64,000 bases of DNA from Okamejei kenojei (lineage: Eukaryota), in assembly GCA_035221665.1 (NCBI GenBank), contig CM069148.1:50220001-50284000 (forward strand), written 5' to 3'. Below, piece after piece: positions 1 through 12,448 of the stretch. The notes under the pieces were generated by a model. That model had not been told where the DNA came from and ran no database searches. It worked only from the letters and a program-made list of their open reading frames with translations. Position 1 is the stretch's first letter. Every line of letters begins with the position of its first letter. Made by a program: the position numbers and the translations under genes.

Positions 1-1000
1 CGGCGGGTTTGATAACCCAGTCTGGGTTGTTGCGGAGTGAGTCGATGGCAGTACGTTCACGGGGGGGGGGGGGGGGGGGGAGAGATTGGAGTGAGACAGG
101 AGTGGAGAAGTTGAGGCGGTTGATGTCGCGACGGCAGTTTTGGATGAAAAGTTCTAAAGCCGGAGGGCCACGAGGGGTGGTCCACGAGGAGAGGGTACGT
201 TGGAGATGGCAAAAGGGATCATCAATGGGGGACGAGGACTCCTTCCCATCGAAGAACGCTGTGAGGCGGAGGCGACGGTAGAAGAGCTCCAAGTCGTGGT
301 GAGCGCGGAACTCATTGAGGTGGAGACGGAGGGGGACAAAGGTAAGACCTCTGCTGAGGAACGACCGTTCGGTGTCGGAGAGGAGGAGGACCGGGGGGAT
401 GATGAACACACGGCAGGGATGGGGGTTGGGGTCGGAGGAAGGCTGGTGAGTGGACTGAGGATGAAGTGATGTGTGGTGGGGGGGTGGAGGGTGGTCAGGG
501 GGTGGGGGGGGGGGGGGGGGTATGAGGGCAGTGGTGTGGGTAGGGAAGAGCAGGAGTCACATAGTTGGAGGGGGATGGGGAAGACCCAGTGGAATAGCCA
601 CTGAGGTAACCAGGGTTGGGGAGATGGGCACTAGGACCCAGTGCCGTCAAAACCAGAGTAGTGGGAATCGACAACGTGGAGGCTTCAGGCCCGCTGCTGA
701 GTCCAGGCTACAGGTGAGACGACAACTGTGGGCTGCTGGGTCGCGGTGGAGTGTCGAGGTTCGGCGGACCCGAAGGTAGGAGTCCGCGGGCAGTAGAGTT
801 GGGGGCGGCGGGCGATGCGTGGGAGGTCCCGGTGGGCGGGTGGTCAGTGGGGCAGCGTGGTTTGGCCCGGCTTGTGGGGTGGCAAGATGAGTAGGGTGCG
901 GTGCGGCAGCCATGTTCGGGGAGCCCCGGTCCGGCGGCGATGCTCTGTAGGCCCGGTCCGGCGGGGAAGTTGGGTAGGCTCGGTCCGGCAGCGATGTTGG
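1..1000 (-). mobile_element. Penelope-like retroelement fragment (region N-terminal to RT), degenerate
   Basis: The minus strand reads LSRGLTFVPLRLHLNEFRAHHDLELFYRRLRLTAFF...ELFIQNCRRDINRLNFS...AIDSLRNNPDWVIKPA, which matches the conserved PLE segment preceding the (V/I)IKPADKG motif. It runs off the window edge and the right boundary is approximate. Confidence 0.75.
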
Positions 1001-1950
1001 GTAGCGAGTATAGATGTTGGGAAGATAAGGTGAGGTTGTATAAGCCGTTGGTGAGGCCACATTTAGAGTATTGTGTTCAAATCTTGGCACCGTGTTATAG
1101 GAAAGATGTTGTCAACTCCGGACGGTGACATCGGGAGCTCGGGGGTCCCTGGTGAGAGACCGCTTTTTGGAGCTCCCGCAACGGCAACTTCTCCCACCCG
1201 AGTTGCGGGGTTGATGGCGACTCGGAGTGGGGCCTTACATCGCCCAGCGTGGCTTAAACGGCCGCGGGACTTGCCAGCACCCGCCTGGGGCTCCAAGATC
1301 AAGACCCGGGCAGGGCCTTACATCATCTGGCGTTGCCTTAATAGCCGTGGGACCTGCCAACACCCGCCGGGGGCTTTGACATCAGGAGAAGAATGGAGAG
1401 CAGGCGAGAGACAAGACTTTGCATTCCATCACAGTGAGGAGGAGATTCACTGTGATGGATGTCTGTGTAAATTGTGTTGCTGAGTGTCTTGGTTCTTTTC
1501 TTGTTGTATGACTGCAGAAACCAAATTTGGTTTGAACTTCATTTGAGGTTCAAATGACAACAAACGGTATTGTATTGTGTCAAGCTGGAAAGGGAACATA
1601 GAAGATTTACAAGGATGTTACCAGGAGTAGAGGGTCAGAGCTCTAGGCAGAGGTTTAGGCTGGGACTTGATGTACATAGGTTTAAGGTGAAGGGGAATAG
1701 ATTTAATAGGAATCTGTGGCATAACCTTTTCATACAAAGGATGGTGGGTGTATGGAACAAGCTGCCAGAGGAGGTAGTTGAGGCTGCGACTAACGTTTGA
1801 CAAACTGTTAGACAGGTACATGGATAGGACAAGTTTGGAGGGATAGGTACCAAGCACAAGCAGTTGGGACTGGTGTAGCTGGGACATGTTGGCCAGTGTG
1901 GGCAAGTTGGGCTGAAGTACCTGTTTCCACGCTGTATCACTCTATGACTC
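1001..1950 (+). mobile_element. CR1 LINE 3' fragment, interrupted by the 1116-1577 insertion
   Basis: LYKPLVRPHLEYCVQ..PCYRKDVV continues as KLEREHRRFTRMLPG, then FKVKGNRF...VGVWNKLPEEVVEA and a CR1 3' tail (ctctatgactc). Confidence 0.85.
1116..1577 (+). mobile_element. Non-LTR retroposon 3' end or SINE-like insertion with 6-bp TSD
   Basis: Flanked by TGTCAA at 1110-1115 and 1578-1583, ends in a (gtatt)n tail, and splits a CR1 ORF2 cleanly. Confidence 0.65.
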
Positions 1951-3366
1951 CATGGCTATCCGGTCCCTGCTATTCCGTCCCAAATGTTTACTGGACTTCA
2001 GAATGAACAATTCTGGGCTATTCACATTGGACAAAATATCTCTCTGTCAACCCAGGGAATATAAATTGAAACAATTCGGCAAGTGCCCTTGTGCCTCATG
2101 GCAGAAAATCTTATTCTAGTGAAAAGCTTTGTGTTGCAGCAATCCAACCAGATCAGGTGTACCAGCCATAAATACAATCAAGTCAAAGGGGAAGATGAAG
2201 TGCAGAATATAGTTCTATACTTACAGGAAGAAAATTAGATTTAAAAGATCTACACTTGCAGGTGGACCAAATGATTTTAAAGTGCAGAACACACAAAGAG
2301 TAACAACTGAACTTGAATTTGTGGAGTTGCACACAGATAATGTGCCATCTTTGTGAATTTACCTAATAGTTTATAAAATTCTAAGAGCATTAGATAGGGT
2401 AGACAGTCAGAACCTTTTTCCCAGGATACGAGATGCAAATACTAGAGGGCACAGCTTTAAAATGAGAAGGGCAATATTTAAAGGAGATATCCAGATGCAC
2501 AAAGTCAGTGACTCCAACTCTCCCGCTTTCGGCGGGAGATCGCCCGCTGAAAGGCCATTTTCGCAAAATCTCCCGCTCTCCCGCTTGAGATTTAATTTCT
2601 CCCGCCCGGGCGGGAGAAATTATATCTCAAGCGGGAGAGCGGGAGATTTTGCTAAAATGGCCTTTCAGCGGGCGATCTCCCGCCAAAAGCGGGAGAGTTG
2701 GAGTCACTGCACAGTCTCTTGCTCGGAGTAGGTGAATCGAGGACCAGGTTTAAGCTGAAGGGGGAAAGATTTAATTGGAATCTGAGGGGTAACTTTTTCA
2801 CACAAAGGGAGGTAGGCGTATGGACAAACTGCCAGAGGAGGTAGTTCAGGCAGGGACTATCCCAACATTTATGAAACAGACAGGTAAAAGGATAGGACTT
2901 GTTTGGAGGATTATGGAACAAACGCGGGCAGCTGGGACAAATGTAGCTGGGATATATTGACCGGTGTGGGCGAGTTGGGTAATAGGGTCTGTTTCCACAC
3001 TGTATCTATGACTGTGACTATGACTATGTGCTGTGCGGGTTTTATACACAGAGGGTGGTGGGTGACTGGGACTCGCTGCCAGGGGTGGTGGTGGAGGCAG
3101 ATACGATAATGACGTTTAAGAGACTTCTGCATAGACACACGGATATGCTGGGAATATAGGGATATGGGTAATGTGCAGGAAGATAAGTGATGGTCTTGGC
3201 ATCATGTTCAGCACAGATATTGTGGGCTGAAGGGCCTGTTCCTGTGCTGTACTGATCCGTACCTGCTGTAAGCCAAATGTTTAATGGACTTCAGAATGAA
3301 CGAAACAATTCGGCAAGTGCACTTAGAGTCATAGTCTCATAGAGCGATACAGCGTGGAAACAGGCC

Positions 3367-5178
3367 AGATGTCCTGCTCGACCAGCTTCATGAGACCATT
3401 CATGACCTTCTCTTTCAGGGCTACTGGTACCGGCTTTGCAGAACACTGTGATGGGGTCACATCCTCTGTTCTAGTTACCAACTTGACCTTGCCAGGCAGC
3501 CTCCCACGTCTTTCGTCATCAAAGACATCTTTGTATCTCTTGAGTAATGAGCCAGCCTCACTAACAGCATTCAGGCTCTTGAAGTTCTCATAGTGAACGT
3601 GATGAGTTTCACCTGTGGTGTAGCTTTGCCGCTCAGGAGCGGTGTGAGCCAGCCGTCCTCTACCACTATGTAGTGAACACGGTACTTCTTGTTGTTCGTC
3701 TCGTTCCGGAGCATGACTTTGGTCCTACCTTGCGCCAGCAGGTTGGATCTGTTGTACATCTTTAAGATGATTTTCTCTCATCTAATGTCCTCTTTGTTGG
3801 GTACAAGATCCTTGGGAATCACATTAACACTGGCACCAGAGTCAATTTGAAATTTGATGGGTGCTGTGCCGACCTGCATCTCAGCGAATAGGCCTGAAGA
3901 GGAATTGCTTCCAGCTGCATTGATCTCAATGCAACTCACAGACTCTGTCGGAAGTGGGCGTGTCAGATGTCTCTACGACCTTGTGCAGACACCGTTTCTG
4001 CGTGCTCTCCTTCCTCTACTTGCAGCAGCAGGCGAAGTGGTTTTGACGTCCGCATCTGTTGCAGACCTTCCCATATGCTGGGCATTCCTCCTTCCTATGC
4101 TTGTGCATCCTTGCACAGAACTTACACTTGACTAGTCCCTGATTCTTCCTCTGCAAAGGAAAATCAATCACCTTTCCCCTCGGTTTGAATCGTTGTGTAT
4201 TGTCGGCTCTTCGCCGATGACCTGCATTCTTGCCGCTGTTACCTCCGAGGATCTACATATGTCCACAGTTCCCTGCAGTGTCAGATTCCTCTTCTGAAGG
4301 AGTGTCTTCCTAGTTGACTGGTCCTCAATACCAATGACGATGCGATCTCAAATGAGCCTTTCTCTCAGGCAATCACAGAAGTTGCATGTTTTAGCAAGCT
4401 CCTTCAGCTCTGCAACTCATGATTTATTGCTTTCCCCTGATTTCTGGTCTCGTTTATTGAAAATGAATCTTTCATACGTTTCATTCGTCTCTCCTATGAT
4501 GATGGTTGACATCTTGTCGATGATGACTTTCACATCCGTCTCATCTGTTACCGTTTTGAATGTCAGGGTATTGATGATTCACACACCTTCTGGCCCAACA
4601 GAATGCAGGAATACTGCTTTTTGATACTGTTTCTCTTTCTTATCCACTTCTATTATCACTTCATAATTGTCATGCATTCGTTTAAACATTTTCCACTCTT
4701 TCCACCCTGTTCTCTTTGAGCTTTTTGGGAGCCACGTGGAAAGATGGACTGGTCTGCGCCATTTTGAACTATCAGCATATTCCTCTCTCTTAATAGCTTA
4801 TTTTATCTTTAAGCAGTCTCCCACAGCACGTCATTTTAACACTTCGACTCCCACAGCACTGATTTACACGCAGCGTCTTATCTTTGTGTGTTCACTGACC
4901 AGCATCCACTCATGCATGCAGCTAGTCCGGTCACTGAGTGTTGAAACACTGAAACACAAATCTTCACTTTCACTGCTGCCACCATATTTTGATATTTGTC
5001 TGCTTACAAAATAAGTAAACTAGCATATAATATACAGAGAAAGATGGTTGCACACACACTCATGTTGGGATCAAAAGCAGGTATGATTTATTTCCAAGTC
5101 AAGGGTCACTGACTGACTTACTGAGCATTTGCGATAATGAGTACAGCTCATACGCATAATTAAATGGATATTGTCACA
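3367..5178 (-). mobile_element. Ty3/Gypsy fragment (5' LTR, PBS, gag, protease), unit 1
   Basis: LTR at about 4985-5178 starts TGTGAC and contains AATAAA. PBS TGGTGGCAGCAGTG (tRNA-Leu-like) at 4971-4984. Gag zinc knuckle CPAYGKVCNRCGRQNHFACCC and protease FQIDSGASVNVIP. Truncated near the start of RT and nested in a CR1. Confidence 0.85.
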
Positions 5179-5980
5179 ATATCCCTCCAAACCTGTCCAT
5201 GTACCTGTCGAACAGTTTCTTAAATTTTGTGATAGTCCCCATCTTCACTACCTCCTCTGGCAGCTTGTTCCATACAGCCACTACCCTCTGTGTAAAAATG
5301 TTATCTCTCAGATCTTTTCCCTTTCACCTTAAACCTATGTCCTCTGGTTCTCGATTCACCTAATCTGGGCAAGAGACTCTGTGCATCTACCCGATTTATT
5401 CCTCTCATGATCCTATACACCTCTGTAAGATCACTCCTGCACTTCAAGGAATAGGAGTACTCAACCTCTCCCTGTAGCTCACACCCTCTAGTCCTGGCAA
5501 CATCCTCTAAATCTTCTCTGCACCCTTTCCAGCTTGTCAACATATTTCCTGTAACATGGTGCTAGAACTGAGCACAGTATACCAAATGCGGTCGCACCAA
5601 TGTCTTATACAACTGCATCATGACCTCGCAACTTATACACTCAATACCCTGGCTGATGAAGGCCAATGTGCCAAAAGTATTTTTGACCACCCAACCTACC
5701 TGCGACCACTTTGAATGAACTAAGCACTCCTAGATCCTTCTGCTCCACAACACTCCCCAGGGCCCTACCATTCACTGTGTAGGTCCTGCCACATTAGACT
5801 TCCCAAAAAGCAACACCTCACATTTCTCTGCATTAAATTCCATCAATCAATCTTTAGCCCATCGGGACAATCGATCAAGATTCTGCTGCAATTTTTCACA
5901 ACCTACTTCACCATCTGCAAAACCACCCACTTTTGTATCATCTGCAAAGTTGTGAATCTTGCCAAGTTTTCATCCAAATC
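5179..5980 (-). mobile_element. CR1 LINE ORF2 3' fragment (also present in units 2-5 at about 10630-11450, 16079-16890, 21506-22320, 26934-27760)
   Basis: MEFNAEKCEVL, LYKTLVRPHL, DLTEVYRIMRGINRVD and ESRTRGHRFKVKG are typical CR1 ORF2 C-terminal motifs. Confidence 0.85.
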
Positions 5981-6586
5981 ACTTTTGTGAGTCTGTGGAA
6001 TTCACTGCCTCAGGGCGATGGAGGCCATGGATACTTTCACGAGAGAGCTAGATAGGCCTCTTAAAGTTAGCAGAGTCAGAGATATGTGGAGAAGCAGGAA
6101 CGGGGCACTGATTGTGGATGATCAGCCATGATCACATTGAATGGCTTGAAGGGCCGAATGGCCTCCTCCTGCACCTAGTGTCTATTGTCTACCAGGCAGA
6201 AAATACAATCAAGTCAAACTCAAGTACAATAGATGGAACAAAGGGGAAGATACTGAATGCAGAATATCGTTCTATACTGACAGGAAGAAAATAAGATTTA
6301 AAAGATCTGTACTTGCCGGGAGAACAAAGGAATGCAAAGGGCACAATGAGCAACAACTGAATTTGAATATGTGGTTTTCCACATAGAAAATCTGACATAT
6401 ATGTGAATTTTTCCTGATAGGCATATAAAATTGAAATTACGAATATGCTGGGAATGGAGGGATATGGGTTATGTGCAGAAAGCTAATTGATGGTCTTGGC
6501 GTTACATTCAGCCCAGACATTGTGGGCTGAAGGGCCTGTTCCTGTGCTGTACTGTTCCATGTGCGATATTTCAGCAAAAGCATTAC

Positions 6587-6677
6587 CTTCCTGTTTTCCT
6601 GCACTTTGATTTTCCCAGATTCTCTTTTTCCATTTTACCTTCATCAAGACTTCTTATGGTGACATCTGAATCCGGCG
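6587..6677 (-). CDS. 30-aa repeat exon type B, unit 1 (91 nt, +1 indel)
   Basis: ttaatacag|CGCCGG...CAGGAAG|gtaatg, with an extra base in a homopolymer. Confidence 0.5.
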
Positions 6678-6896
6678 CTGTATTAAAACACAAGCAAGGT
6701 GACAAAAACTGAACATGAATGCGTGGAATTCCAAAACATAAAAATTCCACATTTGTGTGAGTATTGACTGAATATTGTATATAATATTTGCAGGGATTAA
6801 CTAAATATAAATCATGTACAGTCTGCAGACAATGGCTGGACTTCAAATGTCACAGAAAGGCCAACAATACTCTGGATGCTTTGAGAAATGCCTTAC

Positions 6897-6985
6897 CTTC
6901 ACTTGCTCCTGCATTTTGGGTATCCTGCCTCTCTGTCTCCTGTTCACCTTCATCACAACTCCTGTGGCAGCGTCTGACTTGGGCT
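6897..6985 (-). CDS. 30-aa repeat exon type C, unit 1 (89 nt, -1 indel)
   Basis: tttaaatgcag|AGCCC...AGTGAAG|gtaagg, with one base missing from a homopolymer. Confidence 0.5.
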
Positions 6986-7309
6986 CTGCATTTAAACAAA
7001 AGAAAGTCTCTCAGATGTGATAATGGCAACACTACCTGAGACAAGGTATGTGAGAAGCTGGATCACACCTCGAGGAACACTATTATTCTTCCCCACAGTG
7101 AAGCCTTCATCTGCCGAAGGGATCTGTATCTCACTCCTGCAGAAAATACCTTCAACTCCTCTTCACTTTGAACCACATTTGTCTTTTGACTTTAGAGACA
7201 CAGCCCTTTGGCCCACCGAGTCCGCGCCGACCAGTGATTCACCCTGTACACTAACGCTATCCTACACATTAATGACTATTTACAATTTTTACCAAAATGC
7301 AAATTAGGA

Positions 7310-7566
7310 GTGGCACGATGGAGCAGTGGACAAGTTGTTGCCTTACAGCGCGCAGTGAGCCTGGATCGATTCTGACTATAAATGCTTTCTGTATGGAGTT
7401 TTGTACGTTCTCCCCCCGTGACCGCGTGGGTTTTCTCCAGCTGCTCTGGTTTGCTCCCGTACTCCAAAGACGTACAGGTTGGAGGTTAATTGGCTTTGGT
7501 ACAAATTGTCCCTGATGTGTAGGATAGTGCTATGTGTGGGGATCACTGGTCGGCCACGGACTGGGG
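7310..7566 (+). mobile_element. HE1-like V-SINE (also present in units 2-5 at about 12771, 18208, 23634, 29079)
   Basis: tRNA-like head gtggcacgatggagcagtgg followed by the V-domain-like core ggagtttgtacgttctcccc gtgaccgcgtgggttttctcc...tccaaagacgtacaggtt. Confidence 0.7.
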
Positions 7567-8362
7567 TAGCCTAGAATACAAGAGATATTGTGGTTGTAGC
7601 AGGAGAAAAGGAGTGGACCAGGAAGAAGCGCTGGGATCACATGACTCCCTGGAGGAGCATCGGGATGTAGGAATTACTTCAGAAGGAAATTGGAACGACT
7701 AAGAGAAAGCATGAGATCGCTTTGGCTGAGAAGATTAAGGAGAATGCAACAAGTTTTCATAGGTTATATGAAGGGGAATAGAGAATTGGATTAGTAAAGG
7801 ATGCAGAATTAGCCTGAAGTTTCATAAGTTGTGGGAGCAGAATTAGGCCATTCAGCCTATCAGATGCAGAGAGAGTGAAAGATGCAAGGAACTGTAGATG
7901 CTGGTTTACAAAAATATGGACACAAAGTGGTGGAGTAAGTGATTCAAGTAGCAGTTGTGGAAAACACGGATAGGTAATCTTTTGGGTTGGGACCTTTTTT
8001 TGAACTAGAGACCCTGTCTAGTGGTGTGCCTTCCCATTGCTGTTTGTTATCAAGATATAGGGTCTGTTTCCACACTGTATCTATGACTGTGACTATGACT
8101 ATGTGCTGTGCGGGTTTTATACACAGAGGGTGGTGGGTGACTGGGACTCGCTGCCAATGGGGTGGTGGTGGAGGCAGATACGATAATGACGTTTAAGAGA
8201 CTTCTGCATAGACACACGGATATGCTGGGAATATAGGGATATGGGTAATGTGCAGGAAGATAAGTGATGGTCTTGGCATCATGTTCAGCACAGATATTGT
8301 GGGCTGATGGGCCTGTTCCTGTGCTGTATGCTCTATGTTCTATGTTTCCGCAAAAGCATTAC

Positions 8363-8453
8363 CTTCCTGTTTTACTGCACGTGGATTTTCCAGTTTCCTT
8401 GCTTGATTTTTTATGCTCATCGGGACTTCCTGTGGTGACATCTGAATCCGGCG
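8363..8453 (-). CDS. 30-aa repeat exon type A, unit 2 (91 nt, +1 indel)
   Basis: ttaatacag|CGCCGG...CAGGAAG|gtaatg. Confidence 0.5.
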
Positions 8454-8806
8454 CTGTATTAAAATACAAGAAGGTCTCACATGTAATGATGCCAACGCTG
8501 CCTGAGATAAGGTATCCCAACACTTTCGTGAAGCTGGATCACAGGACTCGAACTTTTGTAGTTTCCCACCAATATTTAAAGAGCACAAAAGAGAAGCCTA
8601 AACCTGACTAAAGATCTACATGTTGCTGCTGCAAAAGTTACGTACAATTGTTATTTAGTTAAATACATCACTATTGACATCAAATTTCATCTGATCCGTA
8701 CCTGCTGTAAGCCAAATGTTTAATGGACTTCAGAATGAACGAAACAATTCGGCAAGTGCAACTTAGAGTCATAGACTCATAGAGCGATACAGCGTGGAAA
8801 CAGGCC

Positions 8807-10629
8807 AGATGTCCTGCTCGACCAGCTTCATGAGACCATTCATGACCTTCTCTTTCAGGGCTACTAGTACCGGCTTTGCAGAACACTGTGATGGGGTCAC
8901 ATCCTCTGTCCTAGTTACCAACTTGACCTTGCCAGGCAGCCTCCCACGTCTTTCGTCATCAAAGACATCTTTGTATCTCTTGAGTAATGAGCCAGCCTCA
9001 CTAACAGCATTCAGGCTCTTGAAGTTCTCATAGTGAACGTGATGAGTTTCACCTGTGGTGTAGCTTTGCCGCTCAGGAGCGGTGTGAGCCAGCCTTCCTC
9101 TACCACTATGTAGTGAACACGGTACTTCTTGTTCGTCTCGTTCCGGAGTATGACTTTGGTCCTACCTTGCGCCAGCAGGTTGGATCTGTTGTACATCTTT
9201 AAGATGATTTTCTCTCATCTAATGTCCTCTTTGTTGGGTACAAGATCCTTGGGTATCACATTAACACTGGCACCAGAGTCAATTTGAAATTTGATGGGTG
9301 CTGTGCCGACCTGCATCTCAGCGAATAGGCCTGAAGAGGAATTGCTTCCAGCTGCATTGATCTCAATGCAACTCACAGACTCTGTCGGAAGTGGGCGTGT
9401 CAGATGTCTCTATACGACCTTGTGCAGACACCGTTTCTGCGAGCTCTCCTTCCTCTACTTGCAGCAGCAGGCGAAGTGGTTTTGACGTCCGCATCTGTTG
9501 CAGACCTTCCCATATGCTGGGCATTCCTCCTTCCTATGCTTGTGCATCCTTGCACAAAACTTACACTTGACTAGTCCCTGATTCTTCCTCTGCAAAGGAA
9601 AATCAATCACCTTTCCCCTCGGTTTGAATCGTTCCACCTTGTGTATTGTCGGCTCTTCGCCGATGACCTGCATTCTTGCTGCTGTTACCTCCGAGGATCT
9701 ACATATGTCCACAGTTCCCTGCAGTGTCAGATTCCTCTTCTGAAGGAGTGTCTTCCTAGTTGACTGGTCCTCAATACCAATGACGATGCGATCTCAAATG
9801 AGCCTTTCTCTCAGGCAATCACAGAAGTTGCATTGTTTTAGCAAGCTCCTTCAGCTCTGCAACTCATGATTTATTGCTTTCCCCCTGATTTCTGGTCTCG
9901 TTTATTGATAATGAATCTTTCATACGTTTCATTCGTCTCTCCTATGATTGATGGTTGACATCTTGTCGATGATGACTTTCACATCCGTCTCATCTGTTAC
10001 CGTTTTGAATGTCAGGGTATTGATGATTCACACACCTTCTGGCCCAACAGAATGCAGGAATACTGCTTTTTGATACTGTTTCTCTTTCTTATCCACTTCT
10101 ATTATCACTTCATAATTGTCATGCATTCGTTTAAAACATTTTCCACTCTTCCACCCTGTTCTCTTTTGAGCTTTTTGGAGCCACGTGGAAAAGATGGACT
10201 GGTCTGCGCCCATTTTGAACTATCAGCATATTCCCTCTTCTTAATAGCTTATTTTATCTTTAAGCAGTCTCCCACAGCACGTCATTTTACACTTCGACTC
10301 CCACAGCACTGATTTACACGCAGCGTCTTATCTTTGTGTGTTCACTGACCAGCATCCACTCATGCATGCAGCTAGTCCGGTCACTGAGTGTTGAAACACT
10401 GAAACACAAATCTTCACTTTCACTGCTGCCACCATATTTTGATATTTGTCTGCTTACAAAATAAGTAAACTAGCATATTAATATACAGAGAAAGATGGTT
10501 GCACACACACTCATGTTGGGATCAAAAGCAGGTATGATTTATTTCCAAGTCAAGGGTCACTGACTGACTTACTGAGCATTTGCGATAATGAGTACAGCTC
10601 ATACGCATAATTAAATGGATATTGTCACA
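8807..10629 (-). mobile_element. Ty3/Gypsy fragment, unit 2
   Basis: Copy of 3367-5178. Confidence 0.85.
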
Positions 10630-12052
10630 ATATCCCTCCAAACCTGTCCATGTACCTGTCGAACAGTTTCTTAAATTTTGTGATAGTCCCCATCTTCACT
10701 ACCCTCCTCTGGCAGCTTGTTCCATACAGCCACTACCCTCTGTGTAAAAATGTTATCTCTCAGATCTTTTCCCTTTCACCTTAAACCTATGTCCTCTGGT
10801 TCTCGATTCACCTAATCTGGGCAAGAGACTCTGTGCATCTACCCGATTTATTCCTCTCATGATCCTATACACCTCTGTAAGATCACTCCTGCACTTCAAG
10901 GAATAGGAGTACTCAACCTCTCCCTGTAGCTCACACCCTCTAGTCCTGGCAACATCCTCTAAATCTTCTCTGCACCCTTTCCAGCTTGTCAACATATTTC
11001 CTGTAACATGGTGCTAGAACTGAGCACAGTATACCAAATGCGGTCGCACCAATGTCTTATACAACTGCATCATGACCCTCCGCAACTTATACACTCAATA
11101 CCCTGGCTGATGAAGGCCAATGTGCCAAAAGTATTTTTTGACCACCCAACCTACCTGCGAACACTTTGAATGAACTAAGCACCCTGCACTCCTAGATCCT
11201 TCTGCTCCACAACACTGTCCCCAGGGCCCTACCATTCACTGTGTAGGTCCTGCCCACATTAGACTTCCCAAAAAGCAACACCTCACATTTCTCTGCATTA
11301 AATTCCATCAATCAATCTTTAAGCCCATCGGGACAATCGATCAAGATTCTGCTGCAATTTTTCACAACCTACTTCACCATCTGCAAAACCACCCACTTTT
11401 GTATCATCTGCAAAGTTGTGAATCTTGCCAAGTTTTCATCCAAATCACTTTTGTGAGTCTGTGGAATTCACTGCCTCAGGGCGATGGAGGCCATGGATAC
11501 TTTCACGAGAGAGCTAGATAGGCCTCTTAAAGTTAGCAGAGTCAGAGATATGTGGAGAAGCAGGAACGGGGCACTGATTGTGGATGATCAGCCATGATCA
11601 CATTGAATGGCTTGAAGGGCCCGAATGGCCTCCTCCTGCACCTAGTGTCTATTGTCTACAGGCAGAAATACAATCAAGTCAAACTCAAGTACAATAGATG
11701 GAACAAAGGGGAAGATACTGAATGCAGAATATCGTTCTATACTGACAGGAAGAAAAATAAGATTTAAAAGATCTGTCCTTGCCGGGAGAACAAAGGAATG
11801 CAAAGGGCACAATGAGCAACAACTGAATTTGAATATGTGGTTTTCCACATAGAAAATCTGACATATATGTGAATTTTCCTGATAGGCATATAAAATTGAA
11901 ATTACGAATATGCTGGGAATGGAGGGATATGGGTTATGTGCAGAAAGCTAAATTGATGGTCTTGGCGTTACATTCAGCCCAGACATTGTGGGCTGAAGGG
12001 CCTGTTCCTGTGCTGTACTGTTCCATGTGCGATATTTCAGCAAAAGCATTAC

Positions 12053-12143
12053 CTTCCTGTTTTCCTGCACTTTGATTTTCCAGATTCTCTTTTTTCCATT
12101 TTACCTTCATCAAGACTTCTTATGGTGACATCTGAATCCGGCG
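12053..12143 (-). CDS. 30-aa repeat exon type B, unit 2 (91 nt, +1 indel)
   Basis: Splice sites intact; extra base in a homopolymer. Confidence 0.5.
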
Positions 12144-12358
12144 CTGTATTAAAACACAGCAAGGTGACAAAAACTGAACATGAATGCGTGGAATTCCAAA
12201 CATAAAATTCCACATTTGTGAGTATTGACCTGAATATTGTATATAATATTTGCAGGGATTAACTAAATATAAATCATGTACAGTCTGCAGACAATGGCTG
12301 GACTTCAAATGTCACAGAAAGGCCAACAATACTCTGGATGCTTTGAGAAATGCCTTAC

Positions 12359-12448
12359 CTTCACTTGCTCCTGCATTTTGGGTATCCTGCCTCTCTGTCT
12401 CCTGTTCACCTTCATCACAACTCCCTGTGGCAGCGTCTGACTTGGGCT
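12359..12448 (-). CDS. 30-aa repeat exon type C, unit 2 (90 nt)
   Basis: Phase 1-1; (E)PKSDAATGSCDEGEQETERQDTQNAGASE. Confidence 0.65.

Noticed and set aside
3354-5014. Plus-strand ORFs recurring in each array unit (e.g. METGQMSC..., MTMRSQMSL...)
   Set aside because: They are antisense shadows of Gypsy gag/pro, and recur only because of the duplication.
5166-5184. Palindrome ggatattgt-c-acaatatcc
   Set aside because: It straddles the Gypsy LTR/CR1 junction and is most likely coincidental.
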